A DNA stretch of 52,483 bases from Nostoc sp. DedSLP01. Its GTDB lineage: Bacteria; Cyanobacteriota; Cyanobacteriia; Cyanobacteriales; Nostocaceae. Shown in pieces: positions 48,614-52,483 of this stretch. The stretch is from the NCBI GenBank assembly GCA_034530875.2, contig JAVRCJ020000047.1:1-52483 (forward strand), written 5' to 3'. Each line of letters opens with the position of its first letter. Positions within the stretch are counted from its first letter, which is position 1. The notes under the pieces are model-generated. The model worked only from the letters and a program-made list of their open reading frames with translations, was not told the DNA's origin and did no database searches. The position numbers and the translations under genes are program-made.

Positions 48614-49021
48614 TTAAGACCTCTGGACGCCCAATCTTGCCAATAGTACACCGATTTGGATACCAATCATTCCGGCGATCGCACTACCAACCAAATAAAC
48701 CAAAAGCGTTGTGATATCTCCGTTATCTAAAAAGTTTTTTGATTCCAAGCCGTATGTAGAAAAAGTAGTATATGCGCCACAGAAACCTGTTGTAGTCATC
48801 AGACGCAGTTCCGGCGAAATGATGCGAATATTCTCGACTGCTAAAGTCAAAATATAAGCAATCAATAGACAGCCACTTACGTTAATAAAAAATGTACCGT
48901 AAAAGCCAAAATCTTTGCCAAAAAAAGCTTTGGCAAATTCGGTGATATAAAAACGACTCAATGCTCCAAAAATTGACCCAATCGCCACAGCTAGAGTATA
49001 ACGTCGTTTCAAAATATTCAT
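48614..49021 (-). CDS. crcB: Fluoride channel CrcB/Fluc
   Basis: GALSRF, GTFFINVSGC, GFCGAYTTFSTY. Confidence 0.93.
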   Translation of the reverse strand: MNILKRRYTLAVAIGSIFGALSRFYITEFAKAFFGKDFGFYGTFFINVSGCLLIAYILTLAVENIRIISPELRLMTTTGFCGAYTTFSTYGLESKNFLDNGDITTLLVYLVGSAIAGMIGIQIGVLLARLGVQRS

Positions 49022-49081
49022 TGTTTTTTCCCTAAAAATGTATGTGATTTTCTGTAAATACCTTTTTATTATTTGAGGAAA

Positions 49082-49471
49082 TTACTTCACGAAAAATTTG
49101 GCGATCGCTACTCCTAAAATCACCGCTACCACACCTAGAATTGCACTCCCAGCCCAATAGAAAAACGTTGCACCCTTTTGTTTGCTACGCCATAGAGTCA
49201 GAGTATCAAAACCATAGGTTGAAAATGTGGTGTAAGAACCTAAAAATCCAGTCCTAATTAGTAAATCTAATTCTGATGGATAGCCCGTGATTCCTTTTGA
49301 AATTGTGAAAAAGAAACCCATTGCTAAACATCCAGTCAGATTAATGATAAATGTTCCAATGGGAAATTTTGCTCCAAATTTAGCTTTTGTCCATTCTGTA
49401 ATGTAAAACCGAGATAAGGCTCCTGGAACGGCACCTACAGCAATTGAGAGAACATTAGTTAAATCTGCCAT
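49082..49471 (-). CDS. crcB: Fluoride channel CrcB/Fluc
   Basis: GALSRF, FPIGTFIINLTGC, GFLGSYTTFSTY. Confidence 0.93.
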   Translation of the reverse strand: MADLTNVLSIAVGAVPGALSRFYITEWTKAKFGAKFPIGTFIINLTGCLAMGFFFTISKGITGYPSELDLLIRTGFLGSYTTFSTYGFDTLTLWRSKQKGATFFYWAGSAILGVVAVILGVAIAKFFVK

Positions 49472-49623
49472 TCTTTTCGTAAGTCTCCACCATAAATTTT
49501 TGAGTTGTTTCTATCTCATTTAATTAGTTTAGTTTTTTATAGTGTTACTACATTTTCAGGTTTGTTTAATTCTTTTTTCTATTTATCTACTTTGTATAAC
49601 AATTCAACTACTAAAGCGTGTTT

Positions 49624-49756
49624 GGTGACTAACCCCGTTGGGTGGGTGTGGGGTGTGGATTGTAGGGAACAGACAGCCCAACCGCCTTCGTTACAAGCCC
49701 CGTCTCTTCAAGACGAAGGCATTGGCGAGAGTTTCAAGCTCCTTCCAATGCCGTCT
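49624..49756. other. GC-rich structured element upstream of crcB-crcB (cis-regulatory RNA or IS200/IS605-end remnant)
   Basis: Stems GCCTTCGT/ACGAAGGC (49684-49691/49713-49720), CGTCT/AGACG and GGCATTGG/CCAATGCC (49718-49725/49745-49752) in an otherwise AT-rich spacer. Confidence 0.5.
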
Positions 49757-49841
49757 TCACTACACCCTATTTTTGACGAATGATTCTTCTTCAACAAGTT
49801 TGCCACGTTTGTTGAAGTTGATTCAAATTTCTCTGGTCAAT

Positions 49842-51413
49842 TCAAAGCCAGTTTTGCAATGACTCAAACCGAGCAAATTCTGACTCTAGCTGCCATTGAA
49901 TCCGTGCGCGATCGCTCTTTTCCAAAAAAGCACTGCATCCAGCAGAAATAGAGGTTCCCCCAGGAGTATCGCTTGCACAAGCTCCAATCATTGCCTTAAA
50001 CTCAGGCGACTTCCACAGACTATTTCCCGGAGCAAAACTATATTCTAAGCCATTGCGAGCCAGTCGCTTGAGGTCTTTGTATCCCAGACTATATCTGGTT
50101 GCTGCTAACAGATACTCATGACTCAAATCGATGCGGGAAATGCCTTCATCATCGGAAGCAAGGGTCATTGGTACTCCAGCCTTCCAATACTCCTTAAAAG
50201 GATGATTGTCTCCCTCGACATTCAAAATCACCTCATTGCTGGTTAGGCAGATTTCAACCAACACGCCGCGTTGCTGCATTTGCTTCATCAACTCGAAAGG
50301 ACGATCCTCAAAAAGAATATCTACCCCATGTCCGATACGGGATGCCTGTGCTACTTCTACAGCTTGGCGAATATGAAAACGTAAATCATCGGTCGGAACC
50401 AACCCCAAAGTTAACTCTCCGGCATGAAGTGCGACCTTAACATTGGGATATTGACGTTTCAAAAATTGCAGCATCTGCATTTGCAGGGTGTAGTCACGCA
50501 GTGCGATCGGGTTATCCTCTGGAGCAACGAGATTGATACCCACTACACGCTTTTCGGATGAAGATAGTGCAAAGGCATAAGCTAACTGAGCAAACACTTC
50601 GACAGGAGACTTTGTTCTTGTAGTTTGTTGCAAATAGCGCACCGTTACGGTACATCCAGGCTGTGCTGATGGAGTGCCACAACCGAGGGTTTTCGAGACT
50701 TCACGTTCCAACTGTGTTAATTGCTCAGTGCCGAGTGTCACTAGCTTGGTTAATCCTCGCTTGAGCAATTCACTGTGCATCAAAGCAAAGTCTTGATTCC
50801 AACCAACTTCACGCCCTAGCTGTCGAACCTCACTGCCCTGAACGGTAAGCATTAACTCTAGATAGCTAATATGTTGTGAAGCTGCCCGATTTGCCACTTC
50901 TGCGACCATATCATCCCGACGGCTTGGAGAATCTGATATTGCTCCAAATCCAGCAAAAGCTTCAAAAAATTGGTCGTGTCCTGATTTTCCAGCAAATGGG
51001 AGGTTACGAGTAGACCAACGATTGATGAGAAAATCATAAACAGACGTTCGGTTAAACAATTCTGAGGCGGGAAAATAGCTACTGTCCTGTCCGCAAGCCT
51101 TGGGTTCAACTACAGTCCCTGCTTTTGGATCCACACAGTACCCATCAGTGGCAGCCCACTCTAGATAATGTTCTGCATACACAGCCCCGCTGAGATGAGT
51201 GTGAATATCTCCGCCCTTCGGCATTCGCTGTACAAATGCTCGTAAAGCAGCAGGTTGAGTGCGATGGGCTTCAAACCAATTAGCAGCTTGAGCTTCACTG
51301 CCAATTGAGGACTGCTGCAAAGTAGATGGGACTTGAGCTGCTCCTCTGAAGATAAAACAGCTAGAAGTCGTTAATATTCCTAGAAATAAAGATAAAGCTG
51401 TTCGTCTACGCAT
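49842..51413 (-). CDS. Adenosine deaminase family protein (ADGF/ADA2-like), probably exported
   Basis: MPKGGDIHTHLSG, LHAGE, RIGHG, SDDEG; N-terminal MRRRTALSLFLG signal-like peptide from ATG 51413. Confidence 0.88.
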   Translation of the reverse strand: MRRRTALSLFLGILTTSSCFIFRGAAQVPSTLQQSSIGSEAQAANWFEAHRTQPAALRAFVQRMPKGGDIHTHLSGAVYAEHYLEWAATDGYCVDPKAGTVVEPKACGQDSSYFPASELFNRTSVYDFLINRWSTRNLPFAGKSGHDQFFEAFAGFGAISDSPSRRDDMVAEVANRAASQHISYLELMLTVQGSEVRQLGREVGWNQDFALMHSELLKRGLTKLVTLGTEQLTQLEREVSKTLGCGTPSAQPGCTVTVRYLQQTTRTKSPVEVFAQLAYAFALSSSEKRVVGINLVAPEDNPIALRDYTLQMQMLQFLKRQYPNVKVALHAGELTLGLVPTDDLRFHIRQAVEVAQASRIGHGVDILFEDRPFELMKQMQQRGVLVEICLTSNEVILNVEGDNHPFKEYWKAGVPMTLASDDEGISRIDLSHEYLLAATRYSLGYKDLKRLARNGLEYSFAPGNSLWKSPEFKAMIGACASDTPGGTSISAGCSAFLEKSDRARIQWQLESEFARFESLQNWL

Positions 51414-52203
51414 ATAGATGTATTTTTTGTCAAATATAAGCATAATTATCTGGTTGAATTGCTGTATCTTTGTAGCGTTAATCTGCGTTAATAAGTGCGA
51501 TCGCTGCGATCGGATTTTCAGCAGATGCTGAAAGTATTTTTTGATTTGTTGTTGTCAGAGATAATAGCTTTAATACGAAGCACCCTACCTCTTAATACAC
51601 TTACTCTGGCATAACTCTTGTCAGGTAATTGGCATTCGTACTTTAATGACTAGCCATGTATTGCAATACGGTAATACTAACCCTAGACTTGTCAAAAACT
51701 TTTGTTTGACTGACATTCACTTGATGTAGCCACAATACAAATGATTTTCATATTGTTGCCATCTTTGCAAAAAAGCAAACCGATATCTGCGATATTACCA
51801 AGGTAGCTATACTAGAGCAAATTTTATCCAAACGAATGGATACATACTTATCAATTTGATTTCATCATTTTTAATTTGCGTAATTTATTCCTATAGATTG
51901 ACAAAGATAGTAGTCATTGAGAACCTGATGTTTACACCGCTGAAAACAATCGGTTATCAAGCTGTATGTGAGATAACATATAACTTAAGATAGATATATG
52001 TCAATTGTTTTGAGCAGTAAGTACACTGAACTTAATCAATACTTTTTTTGAGCGATACAGTCTCAATCTACAGCCAGAATGAGGGCTAAATCCACAGCCT
52101 CCCCCCGCAAGCCTGTAGAAACAACTCCACTCAACAAAGCAATTCGCAATTAAGAAACCCAGATGTAGCAAACATAAGTGCGATCGCACTGATATGACAT
52201 TCT

Positions 52204-52483
52204 TTATCGAAACAATCCGATCTAAAACCGTACTTCGTCCAAAGTTTTTGGAACGGGGTATAATATCAAGTTTGCTTAATTACTTATAAATCCTGAAACA
52301 CCCCACCCGCCTTACGGCATCCTCCCCTTACTAAGGCTACGGTGTACACACCAGTTATCGAATCACTACCAGTCCTCGAATTACCCCACCCTAACCCTCC
52401 CCTTGTCAAGGCTACGGTGTACACACAAGTCCAAGTAAAGTAATAAGAGCAAGAGTTGTGGGGAGTAAAAGGTGGTGAAAAAT
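52204..52483. mobile_element. Nested mobile-element ends: truncated copy C of the 120-bp repeat, further MITE fragments and two CTACGGTGTACACAC termini
   Basis: 52204-52263 matches 32822-32881. CTACGGTGTACACAC occurs at 52337-52351 and 52412-52426, each directly after ACCCCACCC...CCTCCCCTTnnnAAGG. Confidence 0.7.

Noticed and set aside
49472..49841. Canonical fluoride riboswitch upstream of crcB
   Set aside because: No GAUGGnGUUC / GCUGAUGAC core found by eye on the sense strand; a covariance-model search is needed to exclude it fully

Overview
A 52.5-kb chromosomal window from a filamentous, probably heterocyst-forming (Nostocales-like) cyanobacterium. This is inferred from abundant HIP1 octamers (GCGATCGC), heptameric STRR tandem repeats, small dispersed repeats and the gene content. 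It holds about 40 genes: two photolyase-family genes, SDR/AKR oxidoreductases, cysteine desulfurase, Bcp, a Ser/Thr kinase, three hybrid histidine kinases, a GGDEF-EAL protein, a GH13 enzyme, HpnI-like and squalene-synthase-like genes, KtrAB, gamma-tocopherol methyltransferase, tandem crcB and a probably secreted adenosine deaminase. There are three pseudogenes or remnants, an IS transposase start at the left edge, and many MITE/SDR elements, some nested. No rRNA, tRNA or CRISPR array was seen. The most striking region is 24754-28475. It carries an HTH/NB-ARC/TPR (STAND) gene divergent from a small membrane-protein gene, with three 11-bp-phased direct repeats between them. The unit is bracketed by ~130-bp direct repeats whose internal HIP1-bounded segment is inverted in one copy relative to the other, and an orphan antitoxin follows. 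Other highlights are a stand-alone CBS-HEPN putative RNase, a short photolyase lacking the antenna domain, and a structured GC-rich element upstream of crcB-crcB that is not a canonical fluoride riboswitch. All family assignments are from motif recognition, not database searches.
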